DNA of 60,824 nt from Candidatus Omnitrophota bacterium (GCA_029571225.1 JAKPTF010000011.1:1-60824); one strand, 5' to 3'. Shown: positions 27,523 to 39,365, counted from the first letter of the stretch. Numbers and translations: made by a program. Notes: generated from the letters alone by a model not told the origin.

Positions 27523-28671
27523 ATGAAAAAGAATTATCTGCTGACGCCGGGACCGACGCCGCTGCCCCCCGAGGTATGCGAATCGTTATCGCGGCCCATC
27601 ATCCATCACCGCACCCCGCAGTTCCAGTCGATTTTGAAAGAGGCGCATGAGGGGTTGAAATACGTCTTCCAGACCTCCAACGACGTATATATCCTGGCGT
27701 CATCAGGCACGGGCGGGCTTGAGTCCGCAGTTGTAAATTTCCTGTCTCCGCAGGACAGCGTTATCGTCGTCGACGCTGGAAAGTTCGGAGAGCGCTGGAC
27801 CGAGATCTGCGAGGCCTACGGCGTCAAGGCCGACGTCATAAAGGTGAAATGGGGGCATGCGGTTGATCCGAAGGATATCGAGGCTCGGTTAAAAGAGGGC
27901 AAAGGCAGTGTCAAGGCAGTGTTCGTTACCCTGTGCGAAACCTCGACAGGCGTCGCGACCGACATCAAGGCGGTCGGCGATGTAGTCAAGAATACCGACG
28001 CAATACTTGTCGTCGATGCGGTCAGCGGCCTGGGCGCGATTGATCTGAAATCGGACGCATGGAACTGCGATGTGGTCGTTTCCGGGTCCCAGAAAGGGCT
28101 GATGCTTCCTCCGGGCCTCGGGTTCATCTCCGTTTCCTCAAAGGCATGGAAGCTGGCAGAAAACTCGAAATGCCCGAAATATTATTTCAGCCTGAAGGCT
28201 GCGAGGAAGGCGTATGCATCAAACGACACGCCGTGGACGCCCGCCATCGGCCTGGTGATCGCCCTGAACGAGGCCATCAAGCTGATAAAGGCGCAGGGCC
28301 TTGAAAAGATATTCGCCTGGCATCATACCATGGCAGAGGCCGTCCGGGCCGCAGCCAGGGCAATAGGCCTTGAGCTGTTCGCGCCCGATGCGTACTCCGA
28401 CGTAGTCACCGCTGTCAGGGTGCCTCCAGGGGTGGACGGGGAGAAACTGGTAAAGGCCATGCGCGACACCTACGGCGTTACGATCGCCGGAGGCCAGTCG
28501 GAAATGAAGGGCAAGATCTTCAGGTTTGCGCACATGGGCTATATAGGCGAGTTCGACATCATCACCGGCATATCCTGCCTTGAAAAGGTCCTTGCGCAGA
28601 TGGGATACAAGTTCCAGATGGGCGCGGGGGTCGCTGCGGCGCAAAAGGTGTTCCTGAATTCAGGGATATAG
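27523..28671 (+). CDS. class V pyridoxal-phosphate aminotransferase (serine-glyoxylate / phosphoserine aminotransferase type)
   Basis: 382 aa. LLTPGPTPLPPEV start; SGSQKGLMLPPGLG PLP-lysine block. Adjacent to serA. Confidence 0.8.
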   Translation: MKKNYLLTPGPTPLPPEVCESLSRPIIHHRTPQFQSILKEAHEGLKYVFQTSNDVYILASSGTGGLESAVVNFLSPQDSVIVVDAGKFGERWTEICEAYGVKADVIKVKWGHAVDPKDIEARLKEGKGSVKAVFVTLCETSTGVATDIKAVGDVVKNTDAILVVDAVSGLGAIDLKSDAWNCDVVVSGSQKGLMLPPGLGFISVSSKAWKLAENSKCPKYYFSLKAARKAYASNDTPWTPAIGLVIALNEAIKLIKAQGLEKIFAWHHTMAEAVRAAARAIGLELFAPDAYSDVVTAVRVPPGVDGEKLVKAMRDTYGVTIAGGQSEMKGKIFRFAHMGYIGEFDIITGISCLEKVLAQMGYKFQMGAGVAAAQKVFLNSGI

Positions 28672-28691
28672 CCGGTTTCCGGCACGCTTAA

Positions 28692-28742
28692 ATAATGGGG
28701 ACGGTTCTCGAAGAGAGCCGTCCCCATTATCTTGTTTTTTTC
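28692..28742 (+). terminator. rho-independent terminator
   Basis: Perfect 13-bp stem: ATAATGGGGACGG (28692-28704) pairs with CCGTCCCCATTAT (28718-28730). It is followed by CTTGTTTTTTTTC. Confidence 0.8.
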
Positions 28743-28772
28743 TTGATTAACGCGCCTGAATTGAGGTATAAT
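28743..28772 (+). promoter_or_regulatory. sigma70-like promoter TTGATT-18 nt-TATAAT
   Basis: TTGATT at 28743-28748; TATAAT at 28767-28772. Upstream of AAGGAGAGG and the serA ATG at 28809. Confidence 0.5.
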
Positions 28773-28808
28773 AAGCATCTTCCAACTAATACTACCAAGG
28801 AGAGGCGC

Positions 28809-30392
28809 ATGTTCAAAATACTCGTCAGTGATTCTTTATCCGAAGAGGGATTGAAGATCCTCCGTGAGGAAAAGGATTTTCAGGTCGATGTCAGAACCGG
28901 AATGAAACCCGAGGAATTAAAAGAGGTTATTAAAGATTACGACGCGCTTCTTGTGCGCAGCGCGACTAAGGCGAATAAAGATATCATTGCGGCCGCAGGC
29001 AGGTTAAAGGTCATCGGTCGCGCAGGGGTCGGACTCGATAACGTTGATCTTGCCGCTGCGACCGAGCGCGGGATTGTGGTCATGAACGCGCCGGCCGGCA
29101 ATACCATATCTACCTGTGAACACACGATGTCGCTTTTGCTTTCGCTTGCCCGTAGCATACCGCAGGCAGCGGCATCCATGAAAAGGGGCGAGTGGAAACG
29201 GTCGAAATTCATGGGGGTCGAGCTGTATAAAAAAACGCTGGGCATTGTGGGTCTGGGGCGCATCGGCAGGGAGGTCGCGCGCCGCGCGGCGTCCTTCGGC
29301 ATGAAGATCAAGGGATTCGACCCCTATCTTTCCCGCGAGGTGGCCGAGACGCTCGGCATCGAGGTAGTCGAACTGGACGAACTTTACCGGGCCGCAGATT
29401 TCATCACGGTCCATGTGCCGCTCACCGAGGATACCATGCATATGATCTCGGACAAGGCGTTTGCGACGATGAAGGACGGCGTGCGGATATTGAACTGCGC
29501 GCGCGGCGGCATCATAGACGAGAAGGCGCTTCTTGCCGCGCTCAAGTCCGGCAAGGTCGCCGGGGCGGCGCTCGACGTCTTCGAGGCGGAACCGCCGCCT
29601 CCCGATTCCGAGCTTTTGAAGCTCGACAACGTAATTCCGACATGCCATCTCGGGGCTTCGACCGAAGAGGCGCAGGTCAATGTGGCCATTGAGATCGCGG
29701 AATGCGTCACGGATTTCCTGAAGGGCCGCGGCATCCATAACGCCGCCAACTATCCGAACATCGACCCTGAACTATACAAGGTGCTTCAGCCGTATATCGT
29801 CATGGCGGAGAAGCTAGGGCAATTTTCAGCGCAGATGATCGAAGGCCGCATCAAAGATGTCGAGATAAGGGTTTCGGGAGACCTGACAAAATACGACACT
29901 ACCTCGCTTTCCATGGCGATCATCAAGGGTATGCTTTCCCCGGTACTCAAGGAAACTGTCAATTTCATCAATGCGATACCGCTTGCGCGCAGCCGCGGCA
30001 TACAGATCAAACAAACCAAGGCGGATGATGCGGAGTTCAACAACCTCGTTACCGTCACGATCACGACGGATAAGGAGACCCGCTGTGCGGCGGCGACTCT
30101 GTCACCGAAACGCGAACCGCGCATTGTCAAGATCGATGATTTTTACGTGGAGGCGTCCCCTTCGGGATATCTGCTTGTAATGAAAAACTGGGATAAGCCA
30201 GGCATAATCGGGTCGGTCGGGACCCTCATGGGAAAGAACCATATCAACATTGCCGCCATGGTGTTCGGCCGCAAAGAGGTCGGTGGCGTCGCGGTTTCCA
30301 TCCTGAATGTGGATAGCCCTATTTCGAACGAGCTTCTGGAAGAGATCAAATCCCTGGATAATATCCTGGCCGTGCGGCTGGTTAAACTATAA
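28809..30392 (+). CDS. serA: D-3-phosphoglycerate dehydrogenase (long form with ASB and ACT domains)
   Basis: 527 aa from MFKILVSD. GLGRIGREVA NAD fold; ARGGIIDE; HLGASTEEAQ; C-terminal ACT-like segment. The track's earlier start runs through the terminator and promoter. Confidence 0.9.
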   Translation: MFKILVSDSLSEEGLKILREEKDFQVDVRTGMKPEELKEVIKDYDALLVRSATKANKDIIAAAGRLKVIGRAGVGLDNVDLAAATERGIVVMNAPAGNTISTCEHTMSLLLSLARSIPQAAASMKRGEWKRSKFMGVELYKKTLGIVGLGRIGREVARRAASFGMKIKGFDPYLSREVAETLGIEVVELDELYRAADFITVHVPLTEDTMHMISDKAFATMKDGVRILNCARGGIIDEKALLAALKSGKVAGAALDVFEAEPPPPDSELLKLDNVIPTCHLGASTEEAQVNVAIEIAECVTDFLKGRGIHNAANYPNIDPELYKVLQPYIVMAEKLGQFSAQMIEGRIKDVEIRVSGDLTKYDTTSLSMAIIKGMLSPVLKETVNFINAIPLARSRGIQIKQTKADDAEFNNLVTVTITTDKETRCAAATLSPKREPRIVKIDDFYVEASPSGYLLVMKNWDKPGIIGSVGTLMGKNHINIAAMVFGRKEVGGVAVSILNVDSPISNELLEEIKSLDNILAVRLVKL

Positions 30393-30402
30393 GAGGGTTT
30401 TT

Positions 30403-32145
30403 ATGAGAACATTATATGGTAATGCGGCTGCTGCTTTATGCGTAGCAGGCGTCATGCTTCTGGCAATGCCCGCATATGCGGCAGAGGTCACGCTTTTGTA
30501 TACGGGAGAGACGCACGCGATGCTCTATCCCTGCAGCTGCCCTCTGGAAGTTGACGGCGGCGTTGCCCGCAGGGCCACGCTGGTGAAGGACATCAGGAAG
30601 TCCTCGCCTAATGTCGTGCTTGTAGATTCGGGCGCCTTTTTTGCCGGCGGCCTCATGGACGAGTACACGCAGTCAACGGAGCTGGACATGCTGCGCACAA
30701 AGACCGTTCTGGAGGCTATGGAGTATATGAAATATGACGCCGCTGCCGTAGGGGACGAAGAATTCAACTTCGGCCGTCAGTTCCTGGAAGACGCGGCAAG
30801 GAAGCATCGTTTCGCATTTGTCTCTGCCAACAGCAGTATTCCCGGCGCGGTGCCGTTCGTCGTCAAAACGCTGCCGGGCGTGACCGTCGGGATCATCGGG
30901 GCGACCCCCAGGGCCGCGCTGCCAAAGGCAGGGGGCATAGAGATTTCTGATCCGAAAGCTGCGGTCGCCGCAGCGATAACCAGAGTGAAAGCCGCAGGCG
31001 CGGATTGTATAATCCTCGTGAGCCACCTTGGAGAGTCCGATGATCTGGAATTGATCAAGGCGATAGAAGGCATTGACGTAGTCGTGGTTGGCGGAGGGAG
31101 GCTCAAACAGGAACCGTTCTCGAAAGTAGGCGCAACGCTGATCGTTCGCCCCTCCTGGCAGGGCAGGCGCATGGGTAAGGCGGTCCTGCACATCAAGGAC
31201 CGTTCGGTCGTAGATTTCAAGGTAGAGGAGATCCGTCTTTCGGACGCCGTCGCCGAGGACCCGCAGGTGCTGGCGCTCGGCCCGAGGTGTTTCATGGATT
31301 CGAATTGCAAAAAGGGAGGCCGCACGGGTTCATGTCTGGAGCCTGCCACCAGGAACGCCCGTTGCGTTTTTCCGCAGGAGGTCAAGGTCCCTCTGACGGT
31401 CGTGGTTCCCAGGAACTGCTATTCCTGCCAGATCGACGAGGCCGTCAGCGCCTTCAAGAAACAGTTCCCCGGAATCGCGGCCACGCGTATCGACTATCCC
31501 GGAGCTGGGGCCGAGAAGATGGTCAAAGATCTTGGCTTGACCACTCTTCCTGCGTATGTCTTCGGCAGAGAGCTTGCGCGGGATCCGGCCTACGGCGACG
31601 TTAAGGACCGTTTTGAAGAAAAGAACGGCCTGTTCGTGCTAAAACCCCAGTTTTCAGGAATCGCTGTGTTCCTGAACAGGCCTGCCGTCCCCAGGAAGAT
31701 CGACGTGTTCCTTAGCCTGTATGACCCGAATATCACGACGCTGCTGTATCACCTTGAAGAGTTTGATCCGCATATCCATTTCCTCGCCGGCCTCAAGGAC
31801 GGGCAGTTCGTAACCGCCAAGGGCACTGCCGAGCTGGAAGAGATGAAACGGTGCGTCTGCGTCAAGAAGCTATACCCTGCATATTTCTGGAATTATCTTA
31901 ATTGCCGCGTCCGTAACATAGAATCGTCCTGGTGGCAGGACTGCCTGGGGGATCTGGACCCTGCGCCGGTCAAGGCATGCGCGCAGGGCAGCCAGGGAAC
32001 GGCATTGCTCCAGGAGAACATCGCGCTGAACGAGGAATTGCAGATTGTCTCGAGCCCTACATACCTGGTCAATAATCAAAATATCTTCAGCTCCAATAAG
32101 CCTCCCTCAAAGGAGGAGTTCAGAAAGATATTCACCTCAAAGTAA
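30403..32145 (+). CDS. secreted multidomain protein: degenerate 5'-nucleotidase/metallophosphoesterase-like domain, Cys-rich linker, thioredoxin-like domain(s)
   Basis: Signal peptide ending AYA/AE. Phosphoesterase-like blocks have altered metal ligands (TGETH, DSGAFF, GDEEFNFG, SHLG, GGGR). CSC at residues 44-46, a four-Cys cluster at 296-321 and a CYSC (CxxC) at 339-342. Start taken at the ATG at 30403. Confidence 0.55.
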   Translation: MRTLYGNAAAALCVAGVMLLAMPAYAAEVTLLYTGETHAMLYPCSCPLEVDGGVARRATLVKDIRKSSPNVVLVDSGAFFAGGLMDEYTQSTELDMLRTKTVLEAMEYMKYDAAAVGDEEFNFGRQFLEDAARKHRFAFVSANSSIPGAVPFVVKTLPGVTVGIIGATPRAALPKAGGIEISDPKAAVAAAITRVKAAGADCIILVSHLGESDDLELIKAIEGIDVVVVGGGRLKQEPFSKVGATLIVRPSWQGRRMGKAVLHIKDRSVVDFKVEEIRLSDAVAEDPQVLALGPRCFMDSNCKKGGRTGSCLEPATRNARCVFPQEVKVPLTVVVPRNCYSCQIDEAVSAFKKQFPGIAATRIDYPGAGAEKMVKDLGLTTLPAYVFGRELARDPAYGDVKDRFEEKNGLFVLKPQFSGIAVFLNRPAVPRKIDVFLSLYDPNITTLLYHLEEFDPHIHFLAGLKDGQFVTAKGTAELEEMKRCVCVKKLYPAYFWNYLNCRVRNIESSWWQDCLGDLDPAPVKACAQGSQGTALLQENIALNEELQIVSSPTYLVNNQNIFSSNKPPSKEEFRKIFTSK

Positions 32146-32160
32146 CCAAGGAGCTTTGTC

Positions 32161-34684
<2,524 letters not shown>

Positions 34685-34698
34685 TGTTTTGAATTCGC

Positions 34699-34727
34699 TT
34701 GACGCAGTGCAGAGGATGTGTTATATT
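34699..34727 (+). promoter_or_regulatory. sigma70-like promoter TTGACG-17 nt-TATATT
   Basis: TTGACG at 34699-34704; TATATT at 34722-34727. The track's TTG-initiated ORF start is actually this -35 box. Confidence 0.5.
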
Positions 34728-34779
34728 GAATGACACTAATCCCTTTTATAGCAAATACTTGAAGAAATTTGCGGCAGTG

Positions 34780-35418
34780 ATGCGCAGGGCCATTAAAATG
34801 ATGCCTGCAGTCCTGTTTGTTTTCGCACTGTCAGGGTGCGCGTCTGCGGTCAAGAATACCTGCTTGTCCGAAGAAGCTCATGTCCAGCCACCGGACGCCA
34901 GGGTTGATGAACTGGCTCAAGCCAGGGACGCCCTGGAGCAGCAGCTTCATTCAGAGATAGTCGGGAAAACCGCTCAGCTTCAGGTGACGGACAAAGGGCT
35001 AGTGGTAACGTTCCCTGCGGATGCCTTGTTCGATCAGGGCAAATCTAAACTGAAGACCGAGGCGTATGCGGCCCTTGACGCGGTATATCGCGTCCTGTCA
35101 GGTATCGCCAGCGGGTCGAGGATTGAGATCGGGGGCCATACGGATAATGAGGCTGTCCAGGCGTCTGGCTGGAAGTCCGGCTGGGAATTATCCGCCGCCC
35201 GCGCCCTGAGCGTTGTGCATTACTTCCAGGATGAAAAAGGAATTGCCGGATGGCGGCTGAGCGTTGCCGTATTCGGGGAATACAGGCCTGTCGCCGACAA
35301 TTCGACAAAGGAAGGCCGTCAGGCAAACCGCCGGATAGAGATTGTTATAACTCCCCGGATGCCGCAGGTTCAGGAGATCGCCCTTCCGCAGACAAAAACA
35401 TCGGAAGCGACCCGATGA
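34780..35418 (+). CDS. OmpA/MotB-family peptidoglycan-binding lipoprotein
   Basis: Lipobox ALSGC after MRRAIKMMPAVLFVF. C-terminal OmpA-like GHTDNEAV...NRRIEIVI. Confidence 0.8.
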   Translation: MRRAIKMMPAVLFVFALSGCASAVKNTCLSEEAHVQPPDARVDELAQARDALEQQLHSEIVGKTAQLQVTDKGLVVTFPADALFDQGKSKLKTEAYAALDAVYRVLSGIASGSRIEIGGHTDNEAVQASGWKSGWELSAARALSVVHYFQDEKGIAGWRLSVAVFGEYRPVADNSTKEGRQANRRIEIVITPRMPQVQEIALPQTKTSEATR

Positions 35419-35466
35419 GCGGTGCTGGGCGCGTTGTCACGGGTAATCTAAAAATGGAGGGCCACG

Positions 35467-35844
35467 GTGGAATTCTTAAAAAACAAGGTTGTCATCATAC
35501 TCGGTGCGTGTTGTATTGTCCTGTTGCTTGTTGCGGTACAGTCATGCGTGCAGGGGAATAAATATCTTAAGGTGAAACAGAAGGAAGAGATCAAGCGTTA
35601 CGACGCTGAAAAGGCGTTGAACGACGTTTCTCAGGAGAAGGCTTCGCTTGAGGCTGCATTGCGCAAGGCGGAAGCGGCACTGGCCGAGGAACGCGCGGCG
35701 TTGGAAACTACCAAGAAGACTCTCCTGCAGGAGCAGCTGGTCAACAAATCTCTAAAGGCAGAGATCGATAAATTGAGAAAACTCAACAGTGCTCTTGAGA
35801 ACGACCTTAAGGATGCCATGATTTCCGGAAAAGCAAAGAAATAG
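35467..35844 (+). CDS. membrane-anchored coiled-coil protein, hypothetical
   Basis: 125 aa. One N-terminal hydrophobic helix, then a heptad-rich E/K/A/L sequence. GTG start after GGAGGG. Confidence 0.5.
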   Translation: MEFLKNKVVIILGACCIVLLLVAVQSCVQGNKYLKVKQKEEIKRYDAEKALNDVSQEKASLEAALRKAEAALAEERAALETTKKTLLQEQLVNKSLKAEIDKLRKLNSALENDLKDAMISGKAKK

Positions 35845-35877
35845 AGTCGGGGAAGTGTTTCAGCAAGGGGGTGGCGT

Positions 35878-36960
35878 ATGGCAATGATGCGCAGGGTTAA
35901 GGAAAAGATCAAAAAGATCATCAAGCGTCCGGCGCGGTCTAAGAAGACCGCGGTGAAACCGGCAAGGAAAAAAGGCGTGACCCGAAGCCAGGGGAAGCAT
36001 CTTTCCGCGCAGACACAGCCTGCCCCTGTCCAGAAGGAGACGCTCGGCCTCAACGAGGTGGCGATCGAGAAGACGAAGTTCTCCCATCCGCAGGTGCGCC
36101 GCGTACAGCGGGCGCTTCCGCAGGATCTTCCCGGCGGATACGGCAAAGACCGCATGATTCTGCAGGTCCGGGATCCGTGGTGGCTTCACACATACTGGGA
36201 AGTCACCCTGGCCACGTGGGATTCTCTTAAACAACGGCTCAAGGACATGTTCCACGGCGCAAAGAAGTCTCTGCGCGTGTATGACGTCAGCCACATCGTG
36301 TTCAACGGCAATAATGCACACCGGTATTTCGATATAGAGCTGGCCCATGACGCCAATAACTGGTATATAGATACGGGCGGCCCCGGCAGGTCCTGGGTCG
36401 TAGATTACGGGTTGAAACTGGCCAACGGGGAATTCGTCACCATAGTCCGCTCGAATGTCGTTCAGACTCCCCTCGACGGACCGTCGTGGGTTACCGATGA
36501 GGAATGGATGGTGCCAGACGAGATGTTCGGAAGGCTTTACGGCATGGGATTCGGCATGGGCCATACCTCCATGGGCAAGGCCTGGCAGGAGCGCATGAAG
36601 AAGGCCCTCTTCTCGGGCATACTCTCCTCGCCTGGCATCAGCTCGGCGGGATCCCCGGTTAAGAAACGCGCCAAGGGAAGGAACTTCTGGCTCGTCGTTG
36701 ACTGCGAACTGATCGTGTACGGCGCGACAGAACCCGACGCCGCGGTTACCGTCCAGGGAAAGCCGATCCAGCTGCGGCCGGACGGGACTTTTACCATGCG
36801 TTATGCGCTTCCCGACGGGAAACAGGTGATCCCCGTTCAGGCTACCTCGTCCGACAAGATCGAGGTCCGTACCATCACGCCGGTCGTCACCCGTCAAACG
36901 CACACGGACATCGCTGTCAAGGAGGAGCCGGCGCAGGACCATGTCGCTGCGGCCGTCTGA
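35878..36960 (+). CDS. DUF4912 domain-containing protein
   Basis: Basic N-terminus, then LPGGYGKDRMILQVRDPWWLHTYWEV, which is typical of DUF4912. Directly upstream of a GH57 gene, a recurrent pairing. Confidence 0.7.
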   Translation: MAMMRRVKEKIKKIIKRPARSKKTAVKPARKKGVTRSQGKHLSAQTQPAPVQKETLGLNEVAIEKTKFSHPQVRRVQRALPQDLPGGYGKDRMILQVRDPWWLHTYWEVTLATWDSLKQRLKDMFHGAKKSLRVYDVSHIVFNGNNAHRYFDIELAHDANNWYIDTGGPGRSWVVDYGLKLANGEFVTIVRSNVVQTPLDGPSWVTDEEWMVPDEMFGRLYGMGFGMGHTSMGKAWQERMKKALFSGILSSPGISSAGSPVKKRAKGRNFWLVVDCELIVYGATEPDAAVTVQGKPIQLRPDGTFTMRYALPDGKQVIPVQATSSDKIEVRTITPVVTRQTHTDIAVKEEPAQDHVAAAV

Positions 36961-36996
36961 CTTAAGCAGCCGTAATCTTTTAACCAAAGGAAACCG

Positions 36997-38577
36997 ATGA
37001 ATAAAGGATATCTCTGCCTGGTCCTGCACAGCCATTTGCCGTTCGTGCGCCATCCCGAACACGATGATTTTCTTGAAGAGGACTGGTTATATGAAGCGAT
37101 AACAGAGACCTATATACCCCTTATCTGGATGTGCGAGAAGCTCATGGAGGACGGCATCGATTTCCGCATGACGATGTCCCTGACTCCGACGCTTATCAGC
37201 ATGCTTACCGACCCGCTGCTGCAGGGCCGCTATATGAGGCATATCAACAGCCTGATAGAGCTCGCACATAAGGAGATTGAGCGCACCACCTGGCAGCCCC
37301 AGTTCCAGCGTCTGGCCATCATGTACGTGAACCATTTCTGCCGCAGCAGGGATACGTTCGAGAAATACAACCGCAACCTGGTTGTTGCGTTCAAAAGTTT
37401 TCAGGACGCTGGCAAGATCGAGGTCATCACCTGCGGGGCGACGCACGGATATTTCCCGCTCATGGACGTGTGCCGCGATTCGATCAAGGCGCAGCTCAAG
37501 ACGGCGGTTGCGCATTATGAGAAGCACTTCGGAAGGAAGCCGCGCGGCATATGGCTGCCTGAATGCGGGTATTATCCCGGCCATGACGAGATGCTGCGTG
37601 AGGTAGGTATCAAATATTTTTTTACGGATTCGCACGGCATCTTGCACGGGACGCCCCGGCCGAAGTACGGGGTGTTCGCGCCGGTTTACTGCAAAGGCAC
37701 CGGCGTTGCCGCGTTCGGCAGGGACCTGGAGTCCTCAAAGCAGGTGTGGTCTTCGATCGAGGGTTATCCCGGGGACTATAATTACCGCGAATTCTACCGT
37801 GACATAGGTTTCGATCTTGAGTATGAATACATCAAACCGTATATCCATCCCGACGGCGTAAGGATCAATACAGGGATCAAATATTACCGTATCACAGGCG
37901 ACACTCCGCATAAAGAGCCTTACGATCCAGGATGGGCGAGGGAGACGGCCGCTTCCCACGCGGGTAATTTTATGTTCAACCGCCAGAAACAGGTAGAGTA
38001 CCTTTACGATATGATCCAGCGGAAACCCATCATAGTTTCTCCGTATGACGCGGAATTATACGGCCACTGGTGGTACGAGGGTCCGCAGTGGCTCGACTTC
38101 CTGATCCGGAAGCTTTCCTGCGACCAGGATACAATCAGGATGATAACGCCTTCGGAATATCTGGCGGAGCATCCGCGGCTACAGGTAATCACTCCGTCCA
38201 TGTCGAGCTGGGGATACAAGGGGTACAGCGAGATGTGGATGCAGGGCGCCAATGACTGGATCTACCGCCACCTGCATGAGGCGTCTTACCGGATGTCGGA
38301 GCTGGCGCACGGTTATCCGCACGCGACCGGCATCACGCGGCGGGCATTGAACCAGGCCCTGCGGGAACTGCTACTTGCGCAGAGCTCGGACTGGGCATTC
38401 ATCCTGGGCACCGGAACGCATACGGCGTATGCCGTGAAGCGGACCAAGGACCATCTGCTCCAGTTCAACCGGCTGTACGAGGACATCAAGGCCAATTCCG
38501 TAGATGAAGAGTGGCTTGAAGATGTCGAATCGCGGGACAACCTTTTCCCGGATATAGATTACCACTACCATAGTTAA
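36997..38577 (+). CDS. glycoside hydrolase family 57 1,4-alpha-glucan branching enzyme-type protein (DUF1957 C-domain)
   Basis: 526 aa. GYLCLVLHSHLPFVRHPE start; WLPECGY; SPYDAELYGHWWYEG blocks. Confidence 0.85.
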   Translation: MNKGYLCLVLHSHLPFVRHPEHDDFLEEDWLYEAITETYIPLIWMCEKLMEDGIDFRMTMSLTPTLISMLTDPLLQGRYMRHINSLIELAHKEIERTTWQPQFQRLAIMYVNHFCRSRDTFEKYNRNLVVAFKSFQDAGKIEVITCGATHGYFPLMDVCRDSIKAQLKTAVAHYEKHFGRKPRGIWLPECGYYPGHDEMLREVGIKYFFTDSHGILHGTPRPKYGVFAPVYCKGTGVAAFGRDLESSKQVWSSIEGYPGDYNYREFYRDIGFDLEYEYIKPYIHPDGVRINTGIKYYRITGDTPHKEPYDPGWARETAASHAGNFMFNRQKQVEYLYDMIQRKPIIVSPYDAELYGHWWYEGPQWLDFLIRKLSCDQDTIRMITPSEYLAEHPRLQVITPSMSSWGYKGYSEMWMQGANDWIYRHLHEASYRMSELAHGYPHATGITRRALNQALRELLLAQSSDWAFILGTGTHTAYAVKRTKDHLLQFNRLYEDIKANSVDEEWLEDVESRDNLFPDIDYHYHS

Positions 38578-38591
38578 CCATAGGAGCCAGG

Positions 38592-38629
38592 ACAAAAAAA
38601 TTACAAACTACCGTTTGTAATTTTTTTGT
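38592..38629. terminator. perfect 17-bp hairpin flanked by A7/T7 (bidirectional intrinsic terminator geometry)
   Basis: ACAAAAAAATTACAAAC (38592-38608), loop TACC, then GTTTGTAATTTTTTTGT (38613-38629). Confidence 0.75.
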
Positions 38630-38639
38630 GTATGAGACG

Positions 38640-39365
38640 ATGAGCCCTCGGACAAAGCAACTTCCGCGTCATGTCGCAATCATCATGGACGGCAACGGCC
38701 GCTGGGCGCAGATGCGCCATCTGCCCAGGACCCTTGGCCACCGGGAAGGGGTTTTGCGCGTCAAGGAGATAGTCCAGGCCGCCTCCGAAATAGGCATCGA
38801 GGTGGTGACCCTGTTTGCCTTCTCAACGGAAAATTGGTCGCGGCCGGCGCTTGAAGTCAGCACCCTTATGCGCCTTCTGCAGGTGTATCTGGGCAGGGAG
38901 ATTTCCGCTCTTTCCCGCAGAAACATCAAGGTCAGGTTCATCGGCAGGCGGGACCAGCTGCCCAGGTCCGTCATTCGCACAATCGAACGTGCGGAAGAAA
39001 AGACAAAGGGCAATACCGGACTGACGCTGGTCCTGGCGGTGAATTACGGCTCGCGCCAGGAAATACTCGACGGGGTCAGGGCCATGATGAGTGATTGCGC
39101 CAGAGGCGCGCTTGCGCCCGGCGAGGTAACGGAAAAGACCTTCGGTTCATATCTGTACACCGCAGGCCTTCCGGATCCGGATCTGCTGATCCGCACGAGC
39201 GGCGAACAGCGCATCAGTAATTTCATGCTCTGGCAGCTGTCATACGCCGAGCTGTATTTCCCGGAGAAATACTGGCCCGATTTCAGGAAACAGGATTTCC
39301 TGGAAGCGATCGAGGTTTACGGGAAACGCTGTCGCAGGTTCGGCGGGATCGGAAAAAAGGCATAG
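38640..39365 (+). CDS. uppS: undecaprenyl diphosphate synthase (cis-prenyltransferase)
   Basis: HVAIIMDGNGRWA; FAFSTENWSRP; LIRTSGEQRISNFMLWQ. The ATG at 38640 is preferred, because the track's GTG at 38628 lies inside the hairpin. Confidence 0.92.
   Translation: MSPRTKQLPRHVAIIMDGNGRWAQMRHLPRTLGHREGVLRVKEIVQAASEIGIEVVTLFAFSTENWSRPALEVSTLMRLLQVYLGREISALSRRNIKVRFIGRRDQLPRSVIRTIERAEEKTKGNTGLTLVLAVNYGSRQEILDGVRAMMSDCARGALAPGEVTEKTFGSYLYTAGLPDPDLLIRTSGEQRISNFMLWQLSYAELYFPEKYWPDFRKQDFLEAIEVYGKRCRRFGGIGKKA

Noticed and set aside
35860-37062. Very long antisense ORFs opposite confidently identified genes. Examples: 400 aa at 35860-37062(-), 380 aa at 23436-24578(-), 389 aa at 57529-58698(-), 381 aa at 54315-55460(-), 316 aa at 47149-48099(-) and 45670-46620(-), 289 aa at 45161-46030(-), 261 aa at 21260-22045(-).
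   Set aside because: In each case the opposite strand encodes a protein with unmistakable family motifs (DUF4912, kdsD/kdsC, tgt, histidine kinase, infB, nusA, kdsB). The antisense translations are R/G/A/P/H-rich low-complexity strings with no motifs. Such shadow ORFs are expected opposite GC3-biased genes.
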